Positions 29,285 through 37,637 of a DNA stretch of 64,000 nt are shown in pieces. The stretch lies in NCBI GenBank assembly GCA_050633645.1, contig JBOEGX010000004.1, forward strand, positions 282,248 to 346,247, given 5' to 3'. The position numbers and the translations under genes were made by a program. Source of the DNA: Alphaproteobacteria bacterium (GTDB lineage: Bacteria; Pseudomonadota; Alphaproteobacteria; Micavibrionales; Micavibrionaceae). Each line of letters starts with the position of its first letter. Positions within the stretch are counted from its first letter, which is position 1. The notes beneath the pieces were generated by a model that was not told where the DNA came from, searched no databases, and worked only from the letters and a program-made list of their open reading frames with translations.

Positions 29285-29926
29285 ATGACCGAAAAAGACG
29301 ACGATAAATTACGCGCGATGTTCAAAAGCGCTGAGGGCTTAAAAGCCCTCACAGAAAACGCCAATAAAGTTTTAACAGAAAAAACCCGCATCGATTTTTA
29401 CACCAACGATACAATGCAAACATACCAAATCGATAAAGAAATGGCAGAACAGCTTGTCTCTGACGCCTTTGATTATATCAATGGAAATATAGAGAATTTT
29501 GATGAAAACACAGATGTTGAACACGAAATATTTAAATCAATAGACAATATTTACCAACAAAATCAAAACCATTTAGAAAACACAGAGCATTACAAACAAT
29601 CAATAATTCAAGACGACGTCGTTACGCTTGACGATATCGAAAGAGTATCCGCTCTCCTCAGAAAACTCCACGCCCGCACAGAAGAGCTAACCAGAAAAGG
29701 GCATTTAGATGTTTTTGAAGGCGTGCTCATCAAGGAAAGTCTAGGCTTTCCATATGAACAGTTCACATCCAAAGCCGCACTCCCCAACACCCCCAAAATA
29801 AAACTGGATGGTTTTGAAATCGCAATTCGGCCAATCATCAGCACCACCCCCGAACAAAAAGAACGAGCCTTCAAAAAGCTTATTATAGCCCTTGGCAACG
29901 ATATTTCTAAACCAGAAAATGACTAA
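29285..29926 (+). CDS. Hypothetical acidic protein (213 aa)
   Basis: Long ORF. Its stop overlaps the GST start (ATGA-type coupling). No family recognised. Confidence 0.55.
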   Translation: MTEKDDDKLRAMFKSAEGLKALTENANKVLTEKTRIDFYTNDTMQTYQIDKEMAEQLVSDAFDYINGNIENFDENTDVEHEIFKSIDNIYQQNQNHLENTEHYKQSIIQDDVVTLDDIERVSALLRKLHARTEELTRKGHLDVFEGVLIKESLGFPYEQFTSKAALPNTPKIKLDGFEIAIRPIISTTPEQKERAFKKLIIALGNDISKPEND

Positions 29927-30566
29927 ACCAAACCACATTCTCTATTCCTTCCGCCGCTGCCCCTATGCCATGCGTGCGCGAATGGGGCTTTATCAGGCAA
30001 AAATCCCGCATGAGCATCGCGAGGTTGTTTTAAAAGACAAACCACCGGAAATGCTAGACGCATCGCCAAAGGGAACCGTACCCGTCTTAATAACCAATAC
30101 TGGACAAATTATAGATGAAAGCCTTGATATCATGCTCTGGGCGCTATCACAAAATGACCCCAATGGATGGATTCCCGATCTGCACCGCACGGATATCTAT
30201 CACCTCATCGAACGCAATGACGGGGCGTTTAAGCGCGCTCTTGATCGGTATAAATATCCCAACCGATACCCTGATGAAGATTGCACCAACACCCGCGAAG
30301 ACGGCGTTAAAATATTAAAGGATTTAGAATTACGCATTGCCCGCAACGGAGCACTATCAGGAGCAAAAACCACCATCGCCGATATCGCAATTTTTCCGTT
30401 CATCAGGCAGTTCGCGCATGTAGATCGGAACTGGTTTTACGCGCTTCCCTTGCCCCATCTTCATAAATGGCTTGAAGAAAATCTCGCAAGCGAAGCTTTT
30501 GAGAGCGCAATGAAAAAACACGAAAAATGGACACCAAAAACAGAACCAGCATACATTAATTATTAA
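29919..30566 (+). CDS. Glutathione S-transferase family protein
   Basis: Start MTKPNHILYSFRRCPYAMRARM (GST/Grx2-like N-domain with CPY). GTVPVL motif. Confidence 0.85.
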   Translation: MTKPNHILYSFRRCPYAMRARMGLYQAKIPHEHREVVLKDKPPEMLDASPKGTVPVLITNTGQIIDESLDIMLWALSQNDPNGWIPDLHRTDIYHLIERNDGAFKRALDRYKYPNRYPDEDCTNTREDGVKILKDLELRIARNGALSGAKTTIADIAIFPFIRQFAHVDRNWFYALPLPHLHKWLEENLASEAFESAMKKHEKWTPKTEPAYINY

Positions 30567-30645
30567 AATAAAAACAAGGGCTTAAATCAAACACCAAACA
30601 AAAACACGCAGCGTATCGAATGAGCCATTTTCAGCCGATAAATAT

Positions 30646-31140
30646 CTATTTACCTTGCGATTCTCTGCCATCATCCGCCATCACAGCGCCCTGAAACTTA
30701 CGATACTTAGACAGCCCCCCCTTATGACCATGATCACCCGTCAATACCGCAACAAATCGTTTCGAAAGAACGACACGTTCATCTTGAGATAACTTCGATG
30801 CAACACTCGACATCGTCTCAAACTTACTATCAATCACCCCCGCATTAAACGCCTTCCAATCATCCACGGCAGATCTAAATTTCCCCTCATCAAATTCAGG
30901 GGAACTAAAAATATAAGCCAAATTTTGCTTCTTCTCTGCCGCCAATTTCATATTAACCTTAATCACAGATCGCTTTTCCTTATACACATCACGCATAAGC
31001 TCACGCGTTTCAGGGGACAAATCGGCATGCACCTCCGACCACCGATTCATCTTCTTAACGCTATGCCCCGCGATCAATCCCGCAAAGGCTATATTCAATA
31101 AAATCGACAACGTAAATATAAGCTTCAACGCCTTACTCAT
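30646..31140 (-). CDS. Periplasmic Spy/CpxP-like (heavy-metal-sensor-like) protein, tentative
   Basis: Start MSKALKLIFTLSILLNIAFAG (signal/anchor). Helical with LSPETRELM and LSQDERVVL (LTxxQ-like) motifs. Start overlaps the anti-sigma stop by 8 nt. Confidence 0.45.
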   Translation of the reverse strand: MSKALKLIFTLSILLNIAFAGLIAGHSVKKMNRWSEVHADLSPETRELMRDVYKEKRSVIKVNMKLAAEKKQNLAYIFSSPEFDEGKFRSAVDDWKAFNAGVIDSKFETMSSVASKLSQDERVVLSKRFVAVLTGDHGHKGGLSKYRKFQGAVMADDGRESQGK

Positions 31141-31474
31141 AACTGCCTCCATATCCCGCAACTTGCTCAAAATCCATATAAACCGCCATGTTATTGGCCT
31201 CCTCTAAATCTGGGACAAACGCATTATCACTATAAACCCCTGTCATAATCGCCAGAACAAGGACAACAGACATAGATATCGCCGGCTTCGGCAAAGCCAA
31301 CCCACAAAAAAACTCATCTATCGCGGCATTAAGCCCCGCGAAAAAGCCCTTTTCTTTTTGCACCTGCCGCCCCGCCTTTGCCGCCTGAATAATGCGGTAT
31401 TCAAGATTGCTCCGCATTTCAGGAACACTGCGCCGCCCTAATACGGCGTCAAGTTTTTTACTATCCTCTTCCAT
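31133..31474 (-). CDS. Putative membrane anti-sigma factor
   Basis: Small protein with one TM (ISMSVVLVLAIMTGV) immediately after, and overlapping, the ECF sigma gene. Assignment is by position only. Confidence 0.5.
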   Translation of the reverse strand: MEEDSKKLDAVLGRRSVPEMRSNLEYRIIQAAKAGRQVQKEKGFFAGLNAAIDEFFCGLALPKPAISMSVVLVLAIMTGVYSDNAFVPDLEEANNMAVYMDFEQVAGYGGSYE

Positions 31475-32075
31475 TTGAAACCTCTTTATAATCGTCTTCA
31501 TTATCCAACATACCACTTCGTTTCAGCGTATCCTTTAACCCAGTCTTCGCTCGCATCAGCAGCGACTCCAGCCCTTTAACACTCACGCCCATAATGCCCG
31601 CCGCATCTTTATTGCTAAGCCCCTCATAAAAACAAAGGTTAAGCGCAGTTTTTTGGCGCTCGGGCAAATCTTGAATAGCGCCCTCTAGCATACTCTCCCT
31701 CTCGCCGCGCTCCATACCGTCTTGCGCACTCTCTTTATCATCACTAATACGTTCAAGTGCGTCAGAACCCTTCGTATTTTTCTGTTTTCGCATATAATCA
31801 ATCGCCTGATTGGTTACAACACGATAGAACCACGTGCTAAATTTCGCGCCGCGCGAAGAATCCCAAATACCTGGCCTGTTCCAAAGCTTTAAAAACGCGT
31901 CTTGCACAATATCTTCCGCCGCATCCTGATCCCCGCATGACCGGTACGCCGCCGCATAAAACATTTTCGTATAACGCGTCACAAGCACAGAAAAAGCCTC
32001 ATGGTCTTCTTTAACAACAAGATCCATAAGGCTTTCATCTGAATAATCAGTATAATTTATCGGCGAAACGCCCAT
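31461..32075 (-). CDS. RNA polymerase ECF-type sigma factor
   Basis: Region 2 (DIVQDAFLKLW, FSTWFYRVVTNQAIDYMR) and region 4 HTH (LSNKDAAGIMGVSVKGLESLLMRAK). Confidence 0.92.
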   Translation of the reverse strand: MGVSPINYTDYSDESLMDLVVKEDHEAFSVLVTRYTKMFYAAAYRSCGDQDAAEDIVQDAFLKLWNRPGIWDSSRGAKFSTWFYRVVTNQAIDYMRKQKNTKGSDALERISDDKESAQDGMERGERESMLEGAIQDLPERQKTALNLCFYEGLSNKDAAGIMGVSVKGLESLLMRAKTGLKDTLKRSGMLDNEDDYKEVSNGRG

Positions 32076-32077
32076 AT

Positions 32078-32437
32078 TTATTCCTCAGCAGCAGGCGCCT
32101 CTTTCATCGCCTCAATCGCTTCCTGACGCGCTTTCTCTGCTTTCATTTTCTTCCACTTGGTGCGCATTGCATCATGGTGAGCTTTCGCTTCTTCCTTAGT
32201 CACCTCACCATTACCATCACCGTCCATTTTATTAAAACGCTCTTCTGCATTGGCAAGAAACTCTGCTTTCGTGATAATGCCGTCACCATTGGCATCACCC
32301 TTATCAAACATTTTTTCCATCATTTTCCCACCGCCCTTATGGTCTTTTCCTTCATGATGCTCAGCCATAGCAAAACCAGACATCGCAATCAAAGACGAAC
32401 CAACAACACCAAGCGTTAGATATTTTTTAAAAGACAT
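32078..32437 (-). CDS. Exported EF-hand calcium-binding protein
   Basis: Start MSFKKYLTLGVVGSSLIAMSGFAMA (signal peptide). Two canonical loops DANGDGIITKAE and DGDGNGEVTKEE. His-rich HHEGKDHKGGG. Ends 2 nt before the sigma gene start. Confidence 0.8.
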   Translation of the reverse strand: MSFKKYLTLGVVGSSLIAMSGFAMAEHHEGKDHKGGGKMMEKMFDKGDANGDGIITKAEFLANAEERFNKMDGDGNGEVTKEEAKAHHDAMRTKWKKMKAEKARQEAIEAMKEAPAAEE

Positions 32438-32511
32438 AACTAAATTCCTTTTTTCATTGAATTGAATACAAGTACTACGCATAAGAAATATTAAAACCTT
32501 CGATAATATTT

Positions 32512-33714
32512 TTACTTCTTCAAATCAATAACAATGCGGTGATGCGGCGACACATTCGGACGCAAAATCATCGTATCAACAATTTGAGCTTTCCTCTTCA
32601 AGCGTATCTCAAGCATAACACTACCATCACTTTGCTCTTTAGCAACATATGAACCAAACAAACCATTTGATTTCGATAAGCTTCCCTGTGGATTAATATT
32701 CCATCGAGCTTTATCAAGTTTTATACGCAACACATTACGCAAATGATCAACCGCAGTTTTATAGCGCGTCGCATTTTTAACCTCTACAACCAACCGCACC
32801 TTACCATCATGTACCGCCGCACGAATTCCATTTACAATAGAAAAACCATCGGGCAAAACCCCATTCTCAATCACTGGATTCTTATCACTACGTTTTGAGG
32901 CAACAGGCTTTATCGGAGGTACTGGCACAGAATCCCCTTCACTTTGCTCCCCCGTAACCACAAGCTGCCTTTTCTTTTTCCAATCTGGCAAGGCTGGTGG
33001 TTTAACAACACCAGAAACATCAACACCCGCACCATTAAAGGCGGAATCTTTAGACTCCTCGCTTTGACGTAAAGGCTTACGCAACGGAACAATATCATGT
33101 TCAAGCAAAGGCATTTGCTCACCAAATATAGATGTGATTTTCTCTAAAACCTCATGCCCAACCACCGTATTCGATGGCTTAACAACAGAGCTTTCCGCAA
33201 CTTCAACATCCTTATAGATATCATGATACCCCCCCTTGCCACTGTCAAGGCGCAAAACACGAAGCTTCCCATCTTGCCCACTTTTAGCATCTGGCTTAAA
33301 ATGCGCCGCAAGCTTATCATCATACTGACGGCGCTTAATATCCACGTTCTGACGTGCCTCCAGATGCGCCTGCGCGGGATCATAAGACTTGCTCTGCTCA
33401 ACAAGATTCCAAACACCCTCTTCCTGAAGAAGCTTTTCACTTTTGATTTTTTTATAAATTATTTTCCCATCAGGAACGTCTCGTCCGTATTCTTTTGACG
33501 CCTTTATTTTATCCTCAGACAAATCAGGCGGAACAGATGAATTCCATTCCGAATTCTCTTGAGAAACAGGCTTGAAAACATCCATATTTGGAAATTCAAA
33601 TGTTTCAACACAAGACGACAGGAAGAGCAACGACCCACCGCATACACCAAGAAAGAGTTTTTTACTAAAAACCCCAGAAATACAATTACGGAGAGCTATT
33701 TTATGAATACACAT
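32512..33714 (-). CDS. AMIN-domain lipoprotein (tentative)
   Basis: Start chosen at MCIHKIAL...LLFLSSC (lipobox). The C-terminal ~100 aa (VRLVVEV...HRIVIDL) resembles the AMIN domain. Confidence 0.55.
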   Translation of the reverse strand: MCIHKIALRNCISGVFSKKLFLGVCGGSLLFLSSCVETFEFPNMDVFKPVSQENSEWNSSVPPDLSEDKIKASKEYGRDVPDGKIIYKKIKSEKLLQEEGVWNLVEQSKSYDPAQAHLEARQNVDIKRRQYDDKLAAHFKPDAKSGQDGKLRVLRLDSGKGGYHDIYKDVEVAESSVVKPSNTVVGHEVLEKITSIFGEQMPLLEHDIVPLRKPLRQSEESKDSAFNGAGVDVSGVVKPPALPDWKKKRQLVVTGEQSEGDSVPVPPIKPVASKRSDKNPVIENGVLPDGFSIVNGIRAAVHDGKVRLVVEVKNATRYKTAVDHLRNVLRIKLDKARWNINPQGSLSKSNGLFGSYVAKEQSDGSVMLEIRLKRKAQIVDTMILRPNVSPHHRIVIDLKK

Positions 33715-33793
33715 ATCAACCGAAAACCTTAAAGTATCAACGCACTCTATGCGTTCACATTGCCTTCTGTCAAACCTTGAATACAGACAAAAG

Positions 33794-34918
33794 CTAATCA
33801 TGCTCACCCAATGAACTCTTCGCCTCACTACCACATTGACATTTCTGCACAATCGCACGAATAATACACACATATCTTTGCGGGTTTTTAGACATCGCTA
33901 TATGCGCCAACAACAACAATATCCACCCAATCGTAAGGATAAACGGTGGTAGACCTAACGCAATGCCGCCATACCCGATTGCTCCCATCACCGCGACAAT
34001 CGCAATGATAATCACGCTCGCCCATCGCACAGGAACACCCGCATCAATAAAATGGTGATGGAAATGCCCGCGATCCGGTGAAAAAGGGTCGCGCCCCTCA
34101 CACACACGGCGAAAAAACTGCGCGCATGTATCAAATATTGGAAACCCAATAATCCACGCCACCGCAATCGGCTCAATCGGGCTTTCTGGCCCACGCGCAA
34201 GCAACACCGAAAACCACGCAATCGTCAACCCCAATGACATGCTACCCGCATCCCCCAAAAACAAACTCGCCTTACGCCGCCAGGGATTACGCATATTAAA
34301 AACAAGAAATCCGCATAGACATGCAATTAAAAGAACCAAGACCTGTGCGCCAGAGTAGAACCCAGCAACCACACAAGCAACGCCAAACCAAGCAAACATC
34401 ACGACAGAGACACCGCCCGCAAGCCCGTCCATTCCATCCATCAAATTCATCGCATTAATCAAAAGAACAATCGCAATGATGGTAAAGGGGTAAGACATAA
34501 AACCTGTCCAGACAACGCCAAAACCGAATAAATCCCCCAAATATGCCGCCTGCACATTGCCCATAAAGGCAATAAGCGCCGCCACCCCGATATGAATAAC
34601 AAACTTTAATCGTGCGTGAATAGGAAATTGGTCATCCAACGCCCCCGATACAAGAAGCACAACCAAAGACAAATAAAGCGGCCAATATTTTTGAAGATCA
34701 ACGACCCCACTAACCACGCCCAAAACCAAAAACACACTGAATATAACAAGTCCACCAATCGGCGGGATCGCTTTATCGTGCTGCTTTCGCCCTCCAGGGG
34801 CATCTACGATACCCACAATTCGCGCAAATTTACGAAACGGCATCACAAGCAAAACAACGAGAACAAACGCGATGACGGGTACGATGGCAGCAGATAGAAA
34901 TCCTAAATTCTCAAGCAT
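33794..34918 (-). CDS. Undecaprenyl-phosphate sugar-1-phosphate transferase (WecA/MraY, glycosyltransferase family 4)
   Basis: Polytopic protein. VDAPGGRKQH, GALDDQFP, NAMNLMDGMDGLAGG motifs. Confidence 0.9.
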   Translation of the reverse strand: MLENLGFLSAAIVPVIAFVLVVLLVMPFRKFARIVGIVDAPGGRKQHDKAIPPIGGLVIFSVFLVLGVVSGVVDLQKYWPLYLSLVVLLVSGALDDQFPIHARLKFVIHIGVAALIAFMGNVQAAYLGDLFGFGVVWTGFMSYPFTIIAIVLLINAMNLMDGMDGLAGGVSVVMFAWFGVACVVAGFYSGAQVLVLLIACLCGFLVFNMRNPWRRKASLFLGDAGSMSLGLTIAWFSVLLARGPESPIEPIAVAWIIGFPIFDTCAQFFRRVCEGRDPFSPDRGHFHHHFIDAGVPVRWASVIIIAIVAVMGAIGYGGIALGLPPFILTIGWILLLLAHIAMSKNPQRYVCIIRAIVQKCQCGSEAKSSLGEHD

Positions 34919-35028
34919 TAAGCGCGCATATTTATGTTATTTCAGAAGATACCAACAAACCTACACGCGCGCGCACGACAAAACCAGATCAAATGACCTG
35001 ATTTAACATTCCATCCATAAGAAAACTT

Positions 35029-35214
35029 TTAGAATATAGCGATGACAGAATTAAATAAGCCTAGAACAGACTCCCCCAACAAAACAACCGTAACCGCAAT
35101 CGCAACGGCAATGCCACTGGCAATCAGGGCATACTCAATCGCAGTCGCAGCATCATCCTGAATTAAATAATGTTTAATATGTTTTACCATGTGCATCTTT
35201 CTATAATAACGCAT
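35029..35214 (-). CDS. flp: Flp-family type IVb pilin
   Basis: DDAATAIEYALIASGIAVAIAV is the Flp motif plus hydrophobic stem. ~55-60 aa. Start uncertain among Met 1, 7 and 9. Confidence 0.8.
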   Translation of the reverse strand: MRYYRKMHMVKHIKHYLIQDDAATAIEYALIASGIAVAIAVTVVLLGESVLGLFNSVIAIF

Positions 35215-35257
35215 CTCTTTTATAGTGACCGAGAAACCTATAATATTTCGTTAAGTT

Positions 35258-36286
35258 TTAAGAAAACCGTTGCGGGGACAATGCCTCCAATACCCCATCA
35301 GAGACAGCCACCTTCTGCCCCCCCACCATATCGGATAAAATAATAGCCGATAATAGGCTGCTCAATATCCCGTGTGACCCATGCGCCGTGGAAATATAAA
35401 CCCCTTCGTCTAACACTCCTGTAACTGGGAAATGGTCACGCGATGCCGTACGCACCGCCGCCCTGTTTTTTACCACCTCATAATCGCCACGCATTGACGG
35501 CATCGCCTCAAACAACCGATCAAGATTCACCTGATCGTCCTCAGGCAATATCTCACTATGGCTAAGCCATGGCTGAAACGTCGCCCCCACGCAATGAACA
35601 CCATCAACCGCAGGCGCAATATATCCGCTATAGCTCAGGATAGATTTCAAGTGTTTTGAAACCTCATTGCTCCGCACATAAGACACCTGCCCTCGCACGG
35701 ATTTCAGTGGCAATCCCGCCGCCTCAGAAAAATTCAAACACGCAGCCGCGCAAGCCAATATGCTCACATCCCCATCCAACGCATTCAAATCTGTGACAGG
35801 ATGATTAAGATGAACCTCCACCCCACGCGCATATTCATGACATAGCTTTTTGGGCGAAACGCTGCCCGATTTCGGCAAATACAATGCAGGGCAAGGGGTT
35901 TCAACACCAGATACATCAGAGGCCCCCGCCGCATCCACAACGCGCATCTCCTCTTCCGACCACCCCCAGCTTCTGGCTGTTTTGGTAAACCGCACCATTT
36001 TACGCTCATCATTCATCAAAGCGAGAATCCCGCATGGGTTCCAATCAATCGCTTCACCAAATTTTTCAAAGACCTTAAGAGCCTCAAAAAAAGCGGTAGA
36101 ATAATATTCCGATGGTGCATCCATTTGCGCGGCGAATCGTGGATTATACAACCCAACATCATTCCCAGATGCCCCGCTCGCAAGCACCCCCGACGCTTCA
36201 TAAATCACGGGCTCATGCCCACGCTCCTTCAAAACATAAGCCAGAGCGCACCCAGCAAGCCCACCACCAATAATATTTACGCGCAT
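35258..36286 (-). CDS. mnmC: FAD-dependent oxidoreductase corresponding to the C-terminal (oxidase) domain of MnmC
   Basis: MRVNIIGGGLAGCALAYVLKERG dinucleotide fold. DAO-family length. Same strand and order as the methyltransferase half at 36912..37586. Confidence 0.8.
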   Translation of the reverse strand: MRVNIIGGGLAGCALAYVLKERGHEPVIYEASGVLASGASGNDVGLYNPRFAAQMDAPSEYYSTAFFEALKVFEKFGEAIDWNPCGILALMNDERKMVRFTKTARSWGWSEEEMRVVDAAGASDVSGVETPCPALYLPKSGSVSPKKLCHEYARGVEVHLNHPVTDLNALDGDVSILACAAACLNFSEAAGLPLKSVRGQVSYVRSNEVSKHLKSILSYSGYIAPAVDGVHCVGATFQPWLSHSEILPEDDQVNLDRLFEAMPSMRGDYEVVKNRAAVRTASRDHFPVTGVLDEGVYISTAHGSHGILSSLLSAIILSDMVGGQKVAVSDGVLEALSPQRFS

Positions 36287-36302
36287 AGCACAGCCTCAAA
36301 AT

Positions 36303-36329
36303 TTGACATAGCAAAAAACATAATATACA
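36303..36329 (+). promoter_or_regulatory. Candidate sigma70-like promoter for the inserted ORF
   Basis: TTGACA (36303-36308), 15-nt spacer, TATACA (36324-36329). The spacer is short, so this is weak. Confidence 0.25.
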
Positions 36330-36353
36330 GATAAGAAAAAATTAAGGGGAATA

Positions 36354-36935
36354 ATGATGACGGAAGAATTAGAAAACAAAGAAAAACAATATAACTTCTT
36401 CGAGCTAAAAGAAAAATGCTATAATTCATTTCGTATCGTTTCAAGACACTCTGGACTACGAGCAAATTCAAATGATTTTAACCAGTCCGCCCTCCCCGAA
36501 GATATTGACGAAATATCAATCCGCCTATTCTTAATAGATGATTTACTCATGAAAAAAGCATGTGGATCAGAATACGGCTTCCCAACCCCAGATCAAAAAC
36601 TAACAAAAGACGACGTAAAGGAATGTTTTGCAGGCCTGTCGTGGCACATAAATACGACAGAAAATATGTTCGGCGATGAAAAGGTGAAAAATGACCCTAC
36701 ACTAGGGGTTAAGACTTTGGAAAGAGCCATCGAAATCGTAAACGACCCGGCGCTACGAAGCACACAACGTATAACAAGACAACAAGCAGAAAGCCTGAAT
36801 GAGGGCGAATCCCCGAAGGTTATCGATGATAACAATGAGTTTAATTTAGAACACAGCGAGCACACAACAGACAATAATTTAGATGTTGCCGCAGCAAATC
36901 TTCAGGAAATTTTAGACTTCATCTCCTTGGATTAA
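36354..36935 (+). CDS. Hypothetical acidic protein (193 aa) lying between the two mnmC halves on the opposite strand
   Basis: ATG preceded by AAGGGGA. Long ORF whose 3' end overlaps the convergent methyltransferase ORF by 24 nt. No family recognised. Confidence 0.5.
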   Translation: MMTEELENKEKQYNFFELKEKCYNSFRIVSRHSGLRANSNDFNQSALPEDIDEISIRLFLIDDLLMKKACGSEYGFPTPDQKLTKDDVKECFAGLSWHINTTENMFGDEKVKNDPTLGVKTLERAIEIVNDPALRSTQRITRQQAESLNEGESPKVIDDNNEFNLEHSEHTTDNNLDVAAANLQEILDFISLD

Positions 36936-37586
36936 ATATCCCACGCACATCTCACGTTTGCGGCCAAACCCGCGAATCTTCTGAATGTCAAACCCCGCCG
37001 CCTGTAAACCACGGCGCACAAACCCTGCGGACGTAAACGTTGCCAAACTTGCACCCTGACAACTTAGTCGAGCCATATTCGCAAACACCGTCTCGCTCCA
37101 CATATCAGGGTTAGAGCTTGGCTTGAACCCATCTAAAAACCAACAATCAACGCTCTCCTGCAATTTCGGAATCTCATCATTCACATCCCCAAATATCAGA
37201 GTAAGGCGTACACCATTCATAACCTCAAGAACATGTGTTCCACCTGATATATCAACTGGATAAACGGACAATAATTCACCCAATTCATTTTTAAGCTCAC
37301 CCCAATGCGCCAGACAGGCCGCGATATACTCACCAGTTAAGGGATATTTTTCAAAGGATATAAAATGCAAATTATCTGGACGCACCCCTTGCGCCAATAA
37401 CTGCAAAACAGCCAAAAAATTCAGCCCCGTCCCAAATCCCGTTTCACAAATGGTAAAAACCTCACGCCCTGCCCACGCATCAGGCAACCCGTTCCCCGCC
37501 AAGAACACATGGCGCGTTTCTTCCAATCCATCTTGTGCAGAGAAATATACATCATCAAACTGTTCTGACCTTGGCACGACGCTCAT
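36912..37586 (-). CDS. mnmD: SAM-dependent methyltransferase corresponding to the N-terminal domain of MnmC (MnmD-like, DUF752)
   Basis: FDDVYFSAQDGLEETRHVFLAGNGLP and ICETGFGTGLNFL match the MnmC N-domain. Start uncertain: ATG 37586 or TTG 37625. Confidence 0.85.
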   Translation of the reverse strand: MSVVPRSEQFDDVYFSAQDGLEETRHVFLAGNGLPDAWAGREVFTICETGFGTGLNFLAVLQLLAQGVRPDNLHFISFEKYPLTGEYIAACLAHWGELKNELGELLSVYPVDISGGTHVLEVMNGVRLTLIFGDVNDEIPKLQESVDCWFLDGFKPSSNPDMWSETVFANMARLSCQGASLATFTSAGFVRRGLQAAGFDIQKIRGFGRKREMCVGYLIQGDEV

Positions 37587-37637
37587 TTTGTTCTTATATA
37601 GGATATAGTATTCGTGTTTCAACAAAAGGTTCGATTA

